From: an uncultured archaeon
GTDB taxonomy: Archaea > Aenigmatarchaeota > Aenigmatarchaeia > CG10238-14 > SCSR01
Assembly (NCBI GenBank): GCA_964646855.1
Contig: CAZYHQ010000001.1
Location: 3,414-67,413 of the forward strand
Reading direction: 5' to 3'
Length of the DNA stretch: 64,000 nt
In this document: one piece after another, positions 18,437 through 28,449 of the stretch
Layout: each line of letters begins with the position of its first letter
Position numbering within the stretch: the first letter of the stretch is position 1
The notes under the pieces: generated by a model
What the model was told of the DNA's origin: nothing
The model's input: the letters and a program-made list of their open reading frames with translations, nothing else
Database searches by the model: none
Program-made: the position numbers and the translations under genes

Positions 18437-19110
18437 AAATAGTTGCGGTTGGCTGCATACACAATGACGTCGAAAATCTCCTGAAGTTTTTGGACTCTGT
18501 GTCACAGTTCGACTTTGATGTTTTAGTATGCGCCGGGGATTTTACTGACGGTGCCCTGCCTAGGGGGTTCACAAATGTCGGCATATCGAAACTGATTGTT
18601 GAGGAGCTGAAGGGACCAGGCAGGCCTGTGCTGGTCGTGCCTGGAAGTTGGGACAAAGATCTGATAAGTTTTTTCGAGAAAGAAAACATGAGCATCCACG
18701 GAAAGGGGAGGAAGATTGGCGACGTTGGTTTTTATGGTTTCGGCGGCGCGAAAACGCCTTTTGGTTTGCCGCTTGAGCCAAGCGAGGAAGAAATTTCCAA
18801 CGGGTTGAGGAAGGCGTACAACGACATCAAGAGTGCAGAGTACAAAGTCCAGGTTACACATGCCCCGCCGGTCAAGACAAAACTTGACACCATATCAAGT
18901 GGAGCGCATGTCGGATCCGAAGCGGTAAGGAAATTTATAGAAGAGTCCGGGCCGCAGGCTGCAATCTGTTCCCACATTCATGAGGCGCGCGGTGTAGACG
19001 AGATAAAAGGCACAAAAATTGTTAACACCGGCAGGTTCCCAGAGGGTCACTACGGACTCATCGAGATAAAAAACGGGCTGGTCGACGCAAAATTAATTGA
19101 TTTGATATGA
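18433..19110 (+). CDS. calcineurin-like metallophosphoesterase
   Basis: Motifs GCIHND, GDFTDG, GSWD, and His residues in VTHAPP and CSHIHE. 225 aa. Overlaps hjc by 4 nt. Confidence 0.7.
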   Translation: MKIVAVGCIHNDVENLLKFLDSVSQFDFDVLVCAGDFTDGALPRGFTNVGISKLIVEELKGPGRPVLVVPGSWDKDLISFFEKENMSIHGKGRKIGDVGFYGFGGAKTPFGLPLEPSEEEISNGLRKAYNDIKSAEYKVQVTHAPPVKTKLDTISSGAHVGSEAVRKFIEESGPQAAICSHIHEARGVDEIKGTKIVNTGRFPEGHYGLIEIKNGLVDAKLIDLI

Positions 19111-19207
19111 ATATTGCAGTATACAAATTCATTTTTATTGCCGTACGCCCAATTGTATTCTACCCACACCAGGAAAACACGAAAATTTCGCACGGAGAAC
19201 CAATTCG

Positions 19208-19582
19208 ATGAACACAGAAACAAATTTTTTAGAAGCAACTGATGCCGCGCAGCTCGGAGAGCTGACAAAAGAGGACTTTTCCTTCTTTTCGAACTTCGAC
19301 ATAATAACCGTTAGGATAATACAGAAATTTTACGGCTCTGGTGTCGGCGCGCTGAACAGCGACGTCAACTGTTTCCACGTTCAGCAGCTTCATTTTATAC
19401 TTAAGGGTGAGGGGCTGCAGATCGGAACAGAGGGGCTGAGGAAAAAACTTGAGTTTCTTGTGCGTATTGGTTTTATAGAAAAGGTCAACACGTATCCGAG
19501 AATCTACATGCCGCTCAAACACGTGGATGCAATACAAAAAATCCAAACCAAAGTAGAACAGCTGAAAAGAATTTTCCTATGA
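19208..19582 (+). CDS. hypothetical protein
   Basis: 124-aa ORF with no recognised motif. Followed by a 356-bp AT-rich intergenic region. Confidence 0.35.
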   Translation: MNTETNFLEATDAAQLGELTKEDFSFFSNFDIITVRIIQKFYGSGVGALNSDVNCFHVQQLHFILKGEGLQIGTEGLRKKLEFLVRIGFIEKVNTYPRIYMPLKHVDAIQKIQTKVEQLKRIFL

Positions 19583-19938
19583 GGATGCGTACAGTTGGAC
19601 AACTGTGTGTGCGTTAAAATCGTAGTTTGAATTTTTCTGACCTTTAGATTTCGTTTCTTTTTACAACGGTTTTTATAAGTCTTCTATATATATTCTATGA
19701 TCTTTCTTATTCTATTCTATATCTTAATAACAATAACAACACAACAACATGTTTTTCAGCTGGGAAACACGGTCAGATAGACAAACGAGTGTAAGGTGGC
19801 AGCGCTCAGAGCCTTCTCATAGGATGTTTTGTTTTTCATAGTTTTGTTGAAGTTTCATATTTTGTGTGAAATCTCATAAGTTGTGGAAAAAACTTTCAGA
19901 ACAACTAATATAAGTATGAAATTTTAATAAAATAACTT

Positions 19939-20160
19939 ATGCCAAGGCGCGGTTATCAACAGCTTTTCGAGATAGCAATAATCTCGGTTCTTGATCAGAA
20001 CATACCCACCAACGTAGAGGACATAAGGCGCAAAGTCTCTGAAAAAATCGGCCGGAAAGTGAGCTGGAACACAATCAAAAAATATCTCAGGACACTTCGC
20101 GATTCACAGAAAATTGAAGAGATTCATTCGGGCAAGATGGAAGTGTACAAACTCAAATAA
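19939..20160 (+). CDS. small winged-helix DNA-binding protein (putative regulator)
   Basis: 73 aa, basic and helix-rich (EIAIISVLDQN...VEDIRRKVSEKIGRKVSWNTIKKYLRTL). Sits immediately upstream of the DP1-like and polB genes. Confidence 0.4.
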   Translation: MPRRGYQQLFEIAIISVLDQNIPTNVEDIRRKVSEKIGRKVSWNTIKKYLRTLRDSQKIEEIHSGKMEVYKLK

Positions 20161-20226
20161 AGAGCAAATTTTTGTCTCGCGCCGCGGAACGATTAAATCT
20201 TTTCAATACAATATGTTTATGTTTCT

Positions 20227-21414
20227 ATGGAGAGTTTGGAAATCATAAAAATTTTCATCAACAAAGGATTCCAGTTGGACAAAAAGGCGTTGGATTACTT
20301 GAGTTCCAACCCAGACACGATAAACAATCTCCTTACACGATTAGAATCCATGGAACAAAAACCGTTCATTGTTAATCTAGACATTGTCCAAAGCGCAGAG
20401 ACAAAGGCCGGAGTCTCCGTCATCAAAAAATTTACCGAAGGCAGAAAACCAAAATCTGTCCAAGAAGTAACGCAATTTTTTTTCAACCGATATCAAAAAT
20501 TCATTGAGCTGTTCTCGAACAGGCTCGAGATGGTTAATCTCATTTCAATAAACAAAGTGACAGACAAGACAAAGAAATTCTCTGTTGTAGGTCTGGTTAG
20601 AGAAAAGAGCGAAAGCGACAATTCCATCCTAGTCGAAGACTTCACCGGAGAGACGACACTGATTTTTTCTGACGGCGACAGGAGGTTTGACGAGGCGAAC
20701 ACGGATGATGTTTTGGGGTTTGTCTGCGAAAACGACAACGGTGCGAATTCAGTCAAAAACATAGTCTACCCAGACGTGCCTGTAAAAAAGGACACCGCCC
20801 GCACAAACGAAAACATAACATGCTACTTTTTCCCCGACCTGCACATTGACGCTGAAAATTTCGATGAAGAAAGATACAAACTAATGTTGAAGGAAGTCCA
20901 TTCCGACAGCGGCACAAAAATAATTTTTGTTTTAGGAGGGATTTCGCTCAACAAGGAACAAATATCAAAAGTAATCTCCGACCTACCAAAGGACGCATCC
21001 AAAGTAATAATGGTTTCTTCGGAAGATGCCGATTTTGAAATCGGAAGCAACACACTAAAAATTGGTGATCCGTGCGTAGTCGGCATCGGTCCTGTGAAAA
21101 TTTTCGTGTCACACGGCAACCTGTTTGAAAAATATATCAATGATTCGGGCAAACTTCCTGCAGAAACCCTGCTCGGTCTGGTGAGAAAACGTCACCTAAA
21201 CCCGAGGTTTGAACCAGACAAGAAAATATACGACGAAGACCCGTATTTTCTCGACACAATTCCGGACATATTTGCAATCGGGCACTTCCATAAACCAGGT
21301 CTTGTCAATTACAAAGGCGTAACAGTTTTGTCCACAGGCAGCCTAAGCGAGAATCCTATATTCTGGAAAATAAACTTAAGAACCAGAGAAAACTTAAAAA
21401 TTGATTTAACATAA
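20227..21414 (+). CDS. DP1-like / DNA polymerase B-subunit-like protein (calcineurin-like phosphoesterase fold, possibly degenerate active site)
   Basis: C-terminal region carries phosphoesterase motif I (FFPDLHID) and motif V (GHFHKPG). The positions expected for GDxxD and GNHD read VLGGISLN and VSSEDAD. N-terminal ~190 aa are non-catalytic. Located immediately upstream of polB. Confidence 0.5.
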   Translation: MESLEIIKIFINKGFQLDKKALDYLSSNPDTINNLLTRLESMEQKPFIVNLDIVQSAETKAGVSVIKKFTEGRKPKSVQEVTQFFFNRYQKFIELFSNRLEMVNLISINKVTDKTKKFSVVGLVREKSESDNSILVEDFTGETTLIFSDGDRRFDEANTDDVLGFVCENDNGANSVKNIVYPDVPVKKDTARTNENITCYFFPDLHIDAENFDEERYKLMLKEVHSDSGTKIIFVLGGISLNKEQISKVISDLPKDASKVIMVSSEDADFEIGSNTLKIGDPCVVGIGPVKIFVSHGNLFEKYINDSGKLPAETLLGLVRKRHLNPRFEPDKKIYDEDPYFLDTIPDIFAIGHFHKPGLVNYKGVTVLSTGSLSENPIFWKINLRTRENLKIDLT

Positions 21415-21421
21415 GATATTT

Positions 21422-24109
21422 ATGGAACTAGAATTTCAGCTACTGGATTGCGATTACGTCATTGTCGACAACCTGCCTGTTGTGAGAGTTTTCGGCAAAA
21501 CAGAAAGCGGCCAGACAACATGCGTGTTTTTCGAAAACTACTACCCGTATTTTTACATCCTGCCAAGAAAACAATCCGAATCAAGTGTTGTAAATTTCCT
21601 GAAATCCAAATTCAACAATCTGGTTTTAGACATCTCAATGGTAAGCAGATTCCTTCCAATAGGTTTCAGCGACGAAAAAACACAGTTGATGCTTGTAAAA
21701 TTACGCGACCCTTCGCAAGTGCCAACTGTCAGGGACGAGCTGCTCAAACAAGATTTTGTCCAAGAAATTTTCGAGGCCGACATACTTTTCAAATACAGGT
21801 TCATGATTGACAAAGATTTGGCCGGAATGAGATGGTACCGCGCCTCTGGAGAAGCCCTGAAAACAACAACTGTCAAAGCAGACAAGGTGATACGGGTCAA
21901 GAATCTGCAGAAAATCGAAAAACAAAATTCGAATCTAAAGTATGTCGCGATAGATATCGAAATTGCAACAGACAAGGAAGTTCTCATAGATTACAAAAAA
22001 AATCAGATATCGATGATCAGCATGGCATTTTCTGAACCGTTCGAGGGAAAGGAAAATCTGGTCTTGATAGCAAAGAAAGTCAAAACCGCAAACAACAACG
22101 TGATTTCCTTCAAGGACGAGGCAGAGATGCTGCAAGAATTTGCAGACACCATGGAAAGATTCGACCCAGACATCATCACAGGTTACAACATCAACGGCTT
22201 CGACATGCCTTACATACTCGAAAGACTCGCAATTGCAAAAGTTCCAAGGACAATCGGCAGATGCAACCAGAAACCAGCGATGTCCAAAAAATTTGGCAAC
22301 TATTACAAAAATGTTATAACAGGCAGAATTGTCGCAGACGTTTACGATCTAATCAGAGAATCCGTTAGCAAAGGATTCCTGCGACTGAAAAGATACGGAT
22401 TGGGAGATGTTTCTAAAGAACTGCTGGGCGAAGAAAAAGTCGATGTCGTGCACAGCGAAATCTCAAAATTCTGGATTGGCGACAGCGAGCAGTTTTCGAA
22501 ATTAATAGAATACGCAAGAAAAGACTCGCAGCTTGCATTAAAACTACTGATGGAAAAGAACATGCTAGACAAGTTTTTCGAGCTTTCAAAAATTTCAGGA
22601 CTGCTGCTCCAAGATGTTTTAGATGGCGGCGAGGCCAACAGAGTTGAAAACCTGTTGTTGAAAGAATTCAACAAGGAAGGATACGTCCTACCACTCAGAC
22701 CGTCTTCGCCAGAAATTCTGAACAGGAAAATAAAAAGAGAAGCGGAAGGTCTCAAGGGAGCTCTTGTCCTAGAGCCCAAAATCGGCCTGCACACAAACTG
22801 CACAGTCTATATGGACTTCAAAGCAATGTACCCATCGATTTTTATTTCGTACAATATTTGTCCGACTACTCTGCTGCTCAAGGAGAAGCAGATCGAACAC
22901 ATGGAAACTCCGAACGGCGCGAAATTCGTTTCCAAAAAAATTCGCGTCGGCATAATCCCGAAAATAGTTGAGCATCTTATTGAGGAAAGAGATTTGGTAC
23001 GAAACCAGATGAAAAACTCTTCGGACGATTTTGCGAGGCGACTTCTGGATGCAAAACAATACGCGTTAAAGATCATGGCGAACTCGTTCTACGGATACAC
23101 CGGCTACGTGAGGGCGAGGCTATATTTATTGGACATTGCCAATGCGATCACCGGTTGCGGCAGGTTCCTCATACAAAAAACCAAAGAAATAGTTGAAGCC
23201 GACAAAAATTTCGAAGTGATTTACGGGGACACAGATTCTATAATGGTCAAGACTAGCACAAAAAATCCGGACGAGGCGTTTTCAACAGGCGCAATAATCG
23301 AATCAAAAATAAACGAAGAGTTGCGTGGAATTGTGCAGATGAAGATTGAAAATGTTTTTAGAACGCTTCTGATTCTCTCTAAAAAGAGATATGCGGGCCT
23401 GTCATTGGAAAAAATAAACGGCTCATCGAGGGAAAAAATTTTAATGAAGGGAATCGAGACCATCAGGAGGGACTGGTGCGACCTCACGAGCGAAACGCTC
23501 TTCGGAGTTTTGGAAATAATGCTGAAAGAGGGGGATCCCAAAAAAGCAGTCAGATACGTAAAGACAGTACTCGTCGATTTGGAAAAAAACAAAATACCTG
23601 TCGAAAAACTCGTGATAACAAAAAGCATTTCCAAACCACTGAAGGAATACAAGGGAATCCAGCCACACATCGAGCTTCTGAAAAAACTGCGCAAGCGTGC
23701 GCCTGCAGGCTCGCCAGGCATCGGGGACAGAATAGGGTTCGTCATAACTCAGGGTTTGCAGCTCATGTCTGACAGGGCAGAGGATCCTGAATATGTAAAG
23801 GCAAACAATCTAAAAATCGATTCTAAATATTACATGGAAGGGCAGCTGTTGCCGCCGCTGGAAAGAGTTTTCGAAGCGATTGGCATCGGCAAGACAGACA
23901 TATTGAACGTCGGCAGGCAGATGATTTTGTCGGACGCAATTAAAAACGGAAACTCAAATTCAAAGAGTCACGTGCTGACGGACTTTGATGGTTTTGTCTG
24001 CGGCAAGTGCAATACGAATTTCAGGCGCCCGCCGCTCGTCGGAAAATGCAGGTGCGGCGGCGAACTTATGTTTTTCTCCGGACAAAACAGGTCAACAGTG
24101 ATAATGTGA
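21422..24109 (+). CDS. polB: family B DNA polymerase with C-terminal Cys4 module
   Basis: Exo I (YVAIDIEIAT), Exo II (YNINGFDMPYI), Exo III (YARKDSQLAL), Pol A (DFKAMYPSI), Pol B (KIMANSFYGYTGY) and Pol C (YGDTDS). C-terminal CGKCNTNF...GKCRCGG. Confidence 0.9.
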   Translation: MELEFQLLDCDYVIVDNLPVVRVFGKTESGQTTCVFFENYYPYFYILPRKQSESSVVNFLKSKFNNLVLDISMVSRFLPIGFSDEKTQLMLVKLRDPSQVPTVRDELLKQDFVQEIFEADILFKYRFMIDKDLAGMRWYRASGEALKTTTVKADKVIRVKNLQKIEKQNSNLKYVAIDIEIATDKEVLIDYKKNQISMISMAFSEPFEGKENLVLIAKKVKTANNNVISFKDEAEMLQEFADTMERFDPDIITGYNINGFDMPYILERLAIAKVPRTIGRCNQKPAMSKKFGNYYKNVITGRIVADVYDLIRESVSKGFLRLKRYGLGDVSKELLGEEKVDVVHSEISKFWIGDSEQFSKLIEYARKDSQLALKLLMEKNMLDKFFELSKISGLLLQDVLDGGEANRVENLLLKEFNKEGYVLPLRPSSPEILNRKIKREAEGLKGALVLEPKIGLHTNCTVYMDFKAMYPSIFISYNICPTTLLLKEKQIEHMETPNGAKFVSKKIRVGIIPKIVEHLIEERDLVRNQMKNSSDDFARRLLDAKQYALKIMANSFYGYTGYVRARLYLLDIANAITGCGRFLIQKTKEIVEADKNFEVIYGDTDSIMVKTSTKNPDEAFSTGAIIESKINEELRGIVQMKIENVFRTLLILSKKRYAGLSLEKINGSSREKILMKGIETIRRDWCDLTSETLFGVLEIMLKEGDPKKAVRYVKTVLVDLEKNKIPVEKLVITKSISKPLKEYKGIQPHIELLKKLRKRAPAGSPGIGDRIGFVITQGLQLMSDRAEDPEYVKANNLKIDSKYYMEGQLLPPLERVFEAIGIGKTDILNVGRQMILSDAIKNGNSNSKSHVLTDFDGFVCGKCNTNFRRPPLVGKCRCGGELMFFSGQNRSTVIM

Positions 24110-24645
24110 GTTTTGCAGATTTAGATTTACAAATTTTGAAAATATTCAACCACCCATCATCAATAAACGTAGACATTTTTGTCGTGACTGCGATATTCGC
24201 AGTTTACGTTTTTCTGATTTACCTCGTCTACAACAACTTTAGAAAAAACTACACACCCAAATTCGCACACATAATTCTGGCTTCTATAATCGGCTACGCG
24301 TTTGTCACGGTGCTGAAATACATCGTTGCCAGACCCAGGCCGTACACGGACGCGAGCGTGGACGCCGTTATCACGAAACCTTACGACCCGCACAGTTTTC
24401 CGTCTGGTCACAGTTTCGTCGCCTTTCTGCTGCTGAATTTTCTGCCCGAAAGCTGGCCGAACTATGCAAAATATCTGGCGGCGGCCTACATAGTTTTCAT
24501 TCCTGTAGGATCAATGTACATAGGAGTTCACTACCCTTCGGATGTCTTATTCGGCTCTCTGCTCGGCTTCATTTTTCCGAAAATCCTCTCAGAAAAAATT
24601 TCTTTCAAAATATTTAACAAAATCTCACAGCTGCATCTTCGTTAG
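24106..24645 (+). CDS. PAP2-family phosphatase (phosphatidic acid / polyprenyl-pyrophosphate phosphatase-like) membrane protein
   Basis: PAP2 motifs KYIVARPRP, SFPSGHS and GVHYPSDV, with multiple TM helices. Start uncertain: GTG at 24106 or TTG at 24136. The ORF-track start at 24007 overlaps polB by ~100 nt. Confidence 0.7.
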   Translation: MSFADLDLQILKIFNHPSSINVDIFVVTAIFAVYVFLIYLVYNNFRKNYTPKFAHIILASIIGYAFVTVLKYIVARPRPYTDASVDAVITKPYDPHSFPSGHSFVAFLLLNFLPESWPNYAKYLAAAYIVFIPVGSMYIGVHYPSDVLFGSLLGFIFPKILSEKISFKIFNKISQLHLR

Positions 24646-26238
24646 CGTGTTGAACAGAATCGGTTTCGTAATCAAGAGCCCGGTAATGACACCAAACATC
24701 AGTACGAAACCGAATCCCCTGGCAAAGATTAACAACGCAACCGATGCCGCAAAAACTACCAGGTTAATCATCCAATTTATCCGACCGAACTTTTTGATTC
24801 TGTAAGAAAGGCTCAGGTCCTTCTTCTGCAGTATGTATTCCATGCCGAACAACATCTGCCCAATGCTTATCGCACCAAAAACAGAAAAGCCGTTAACAGT
24901 CGCCAAATCAATCAAGAAAAAAGTGAACTTCTGTACAACAGAGATGAGACCAAAAACTATGAACAGTTCTGCCAAGACCAACCCAGCCAAAACATACCAG
25001 TACCTGTACACTTTGTATCTCGTCTGGACTAAAACAAAACTTGCTGCAAGAGCCGAAATAAGAAAAGTCGCTACTGAAATTTCAGCAAAAAACCTCCCGC
25101 TCGGCTCCAAACTTTCTACCGAAACTTTTTCAAAATTCGTGTCCAACGGGTCTGAATTCAGGCAGAGATGAAGCTCTGCCCCTACATTTTCTAAGTTTTT
25201 CAAATTGTTGTCGAAGCTTACAACCGCAAGTCTGGCAATATTCTGCCTTGCAATTTCGCTTAGAACTGGCACCTCGTTGATTATCCGTTCGTCAAGTTTG
25301 AAAACAAAACCCGCGTCCAAGACGCTAATACCGCTCACAAAAAACGACTTTACACCTTTCGTAATTGTACTGAATCTGTCAGATGCGGTAGGTGAAACTG
25401 AAAGAGGAAGCTCCAACCTGAACGAACTGGCTTGCGGAACGTAATTCACAGACTGCAATCCAATGACTTCTACGTCGCTGTTGTTTGCAAAAATCTGTTT
25501 TGTTGTTATGGTCGTGTTCGATTCATGCTGCAATTTGGTTTCTACGTTATCCAAATAAAAACTTTCATCCAGCTGGTACCAGCTGCCGTTCAACTTAAAC
25601 TGCACACCGCTGAACTCAACTTCGTATCTTTTCCCATTCAGTTCCACAAAGCTTTCGTTTTGCGTCTGGCCAAATTTGCGTACCACTTCAATTGAAAATT
25701 TGCACGGTTTTGTCAGCGCTGAAATGTCCTTTTCCAAACTCATTATTTTAATTAAATCTTGCTCCAAACTTACGTCGTACCCGACAAGCTTCAGACCTTC
25801 AATTCTGCTTCTCATTGTCTCTAAAATTTCTCCAAGTTCACTGGCATCTTCGGCTTTGAGCTTGGTTGCAAAACTTTCTCCCAATTCACCACTCAGTTTT
25901 AGTTGAGAGCCGGAAACGTCGGACACTTCCACCCCGAGATAACCGTCTCTAATCGCCACGCAGCCAGCAGGGCCGCCATTCACAACCATTGGCACATACG
26001 TGCCGGCAGCAACATACAGCGTTTTTTCTTCAAAATCCTGCGAATCACCAATTATTGAGCCCGCAACCTGATTAACCGCAGCGCCCAAGCTCACACTTGA
26101 ACACTTGTTGGCAGGATCCAAGGACGAAACAACAACGCCGCTTGTTCTAAAAACATAAGGCGAAAAAACCAAATACGCGGCCAGCACAACAAGCACTAGA
26201 AGCAAATAAACTCTAAAGTTCGCCATTAATCCCACCAA
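24625..26238 (-). CDS. SecD-like protein-export membrane protein (tentative)
   Basis: N-terminal TM anchor, a ~330-aa extracytoplasmic domain, then 5-6 C-terminal TM helices (GRINWMINLVVFAASVALL...GVITGLLITKPIL) resembling the SecD/SecF transmembrane region. No adjacent SecF was found. Confidence 0.4.
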   Translation of the reverse strand: MVGLMANFRVYLLLVLVVLAAYLVFSPYVFRTSGVVVSSLDPANKCSSVSLGAAVNQVAGSIIGDSQDFEEKTLYVAAGTYVPMVVNGGPAGCVAIRDGYLGVEVSDVSGSQLKLSGELGESFATKLKAEDASELGEILETMRSRIEGLKLVGYDVSLEQDLIKIMSLEKDISALTKPCKFSIEVVRKFGQTQNESFVELNGKRYEVEFSGVQFKLNGSWYQLDESFYLDNVETKLQHESNTTITTKQIFANNSDVEVIGLQSVNYVPQASSFRLELPLSVSPTASDRFSTITKGVKSFFVSGISVLDAGFVFKLDERIINEVPVLSEIARQNIARLAVVSFDNNLKNLENVGAELHLCLNSDPLDTNFEKVSVESLEPSGRFFAEISVATFLISALAASFVLVQTRYKVYRYWYVLAGLVLAELFIVFGLISVVQKFTFFLIDLATVNGFSVFGAISIGQMLFGMEYILQKKDLSLSYRIKKFGRINWMINLVVFAASVALLIFARGFGFVLMFGVITGLLITKPILFNTLTKMQL

Positions 26239-26310
26239 AACTATTCGTGTAAAGTATTATTAATCCACAACACTTTTAAAAATAACTCCGCAACTAACTA
26301 AAAGATTAAG

Positions 26311-27624
26311 ATGAAAGTTTCTGTGATTGGTACAGGTTACGTAGGCCTTACCGCTGCCTGCCTAGCGGATTTCGGGCACAATGTTGTTTTAATCGGCAGG
26401 AGCAAAGACAAAATCGATGTGATTAACCAAGGAGCCTCGCCAATCTACGAGCCCGGTCTGGACGAAGTATTGAAAAGAAATATATCCGCTGGCAGGCTAC
26501 ACGCAACCACAGACTACAAAGAAATTGACGACAGCGACGTTGTTTTCATCTGTGTCGGTACGCCGTCCAACGATGACGGCTCTATAGATTTGTCTCAGGT
26601 CGAAGAATGCTCAATCCAAATCGCCGAGCGTCTGAAGAACAGCAGCAAATACAAAATCATAGTAGTCAAGAGCACCGTAGTGCCCAAAACCACAAAAAAC
26701 TTTGTCATACCAGTTCTCGAAAAGCATTCCGGTAAAAAAGCCGGCAAGGATTTTGGAGTCGGCATGAACCCGGAATTTTTGCGCGAAGGCACAGGAGTTT
26801 ATGATTTTGTGAACCCGGACAAAATTGTCATCGGCGGGCTTGATGAAAAATCTACTGCAACACTCTCAACCCTTTACGAAAATTTTGATAAAAAATTCCA
26901 CCGTGTTACAACAGATTTGACAACCGCGGAGATGATAAAATACGCGCAAAATTCCGCTCTGGCAGCAAGGATATCATTCATTAACGAGATTGCAAACATC
27001 TGCGAAAAATATTCCGTTGATGTCAAAGAAGTCGCTCATGCCATAGGTCTCGACACCAGAATAGGCCAGAGATTTTTGAGCGCCGGCATCGGTTTTGGCG
27101 GCAGCTGCTTTCCTAAAGACGTCAACGCTTTGATCTCAGCAGCAAAAGCCGTGGGCATAAACCCAGTTTTTCTTCAAACCATAATGGAAATCAACGAGCG
27201 GCAGCCACACAGACTAGTTGAGCTGGCAAAAGAAGCCGCCGGCGACCTGCATGGCAAAACAATTGCTGTGTTAGGTCTGGCATTCAAAAATGATACGGAT
27301 GATATGCGCGAATCGCGAGCAACGCCAATAATCAACAGCCTGCTGCACGCAGGCGCAAACGTGAGGGCTCACGACCCAAGAGCAATGGAGAACGCGAAGG
27401 AAATTTTCGGAGACAAAATTGAATACTGCAATTCCAAAGAAGAGTGTGTCCGCGGTGCGGATTTGTGCATGATCGTAACAGAGTGGGACGAATTCAGAAA
27501 TTTGGATTTGAATTCTGTGAAATGCCCGGTTATCGACGGCAGGAGAGTTCTGGATCCCGAGAAGGCAAAGTCACACGGATTAATTTACAAAGGAATAGGT
27601 TACAAGGGAAATTTTGGTGTTTGA
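26311..27624 (+). CDS. nucleotide-sugar 6-dehydrogenase (UDP-glucose / UDP-ManNAc dehydrogenase family)
   Basis: N-terminal Rossmann motif KVSVIGTGYVGL, catalytic region GFGGSCFPKD, 437 aa. Confidence 0.85.
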   Translation: MKVSVIGTGYVGLTAACLADFGHNVVLIGRSKDKIDVINQGASPIYEPGLDEVLKRNISAGRLHATTDYKEIDDSDVVFICVGTPSNDDGSIDLSQVEECSIQIAERLKNSSKYKIIVVKSTVVPKTTKNFVIPVLEKHSGKKAGKDFGVGMNPEFLREGTGVYDFVNPDKIVIGGLDEKSTATLSTLYENFDKKFHRVTTDLTTAEMIKYAQNSALAARISFINEIANICEKYSVDVKEVAHAIGLDTRIGQRFLSAGIGFGGSCFPKDVNALISAAKAVGINPVFLQTIMEINERQPHRLVELAKEAAGDLHGKTIAVLGLAFKNDTDDMRESRATPIINSLLHAGANVRAHDPRAMENAKEIFGDKIEYCNSKEECVRGADLCMIVTEWDEFRNLDLNSVKCPVIDGRRVLDPEKAKSHGLIYKGIGYKGNFGV

Positions 27625-28449
27625 ATGAAAGCGATAATTCTTGCCGCTGGCAGGGGCACCAGACTGAGGCCACTAACGTACGGCATACCTAAACCGCTGC
27701 TTCCGGTAAAAGGCAGGCCAATGTTGGACTGGGTAATCAGCAGCATCGTAGACAAATCCATCGACGAAATTATTGTTGCAGTTTCCGGAACTGTTGGCAA
27801 CGACGCAATGGAAAGAGTTTTGACACACATTCACGGAATTTGCATCGATTCTTATCTGAAAAACGCAAACTACAATTTTAACATAAGAACAATTCCAACC
27901 CCGCAAAGAGAGACTGCCGGTGACTTGAGATATGTGCTTGAAGAGATTGGTATGAGAAGTGGCGAAGTGCTGGTTGTCTACGGGGACAACATTACCTCAT
28001 TTAACATGTCACAGTTTGTCGATTATCACAGAAGTTGCAGAAAAGAGCTTGGAACTTCTGCGTCAGTCGTCTTGTTCGAGGCTCCGGAGCAAGAATTGCA
28101 CAGATTCGGCATAGCAAAAGTAAACCAAATAAAAAATTTCACCATGATTGAAAAATTCGTTGAGAAACCTTCATTGGCCGAAGCGCCATCAAGACTTGCC
28201 AGCGCAGGTTATTACATTTTGGAAGTTGGAGATGTGCTGGAAGCACTTTCACGCGAGAAGGTCAAAGTTGAAAATTCTTTGTTTCCAACACTGGCATCCC
28301 AAGGCAAACTGGCAGGGTTTGTTACCAAACTGCCATACTGGATTGACATAAGTACGATGGAAGCTTACAATCTCGCCAATCAGCTTGCGCACGACAATCT
28401 CATTTTGCCGCCACCTGTTCACGATGATAAGGATGGACGAAATAGTTAG
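27625..28449 (+). CDS. sugar-phosphate nucleotidyltransferase
   Basis: MKAIILAAGRGTRLRPLT...PKPLLPV signature of the NTP_transferase family. 274 aa. Start overlaps the upstream stop. Confidence 0.75.
   Translation: MKAIILAAGRGTRLRPLTYGIPKPLLPVKGRPMLDWVISSIVDKSIDEIIVAVSGTVGNDAMERVLTHIHGICIDSYLKNANYNFNIRTIPTPQRETAGDLRYVLEEIGMRSGEVLVVYGDNITSFNMSQFVDYHRSCRKELGTSASVVLFEAPEQELHRFGIAKVNQIKNFTMIEKFVEKPSLAEAPSRLASAGYYILEVGDVLEALSREKVKVENSLFPTLASQGKLAGFVTKLPYWIDISTMEAYNLANQLAHDNLILPPPVHDDKDGRNS

Noticed and set aside
19700-19745. Simple-sequence tract (caataacaataacaacacaacaacat) as a possible microsatellite or mobile-element end
   Set aside because: No flanking inverted repeats, target-site duplication or recombinase gene. 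Treated as low-complexity intergenic sequence, though it is noted within the possible origin/regulatory finding.
21448-22135. Alternative-frame and antisense ORFs (67-144 aa) overlapping the 5' third of polB
   Set aside because: They conflict with a polymerase whose motifs are intact in one continuous frame. Their Arg/Cys-rich or Ser-rich translations are typical frame-shift artefacts.
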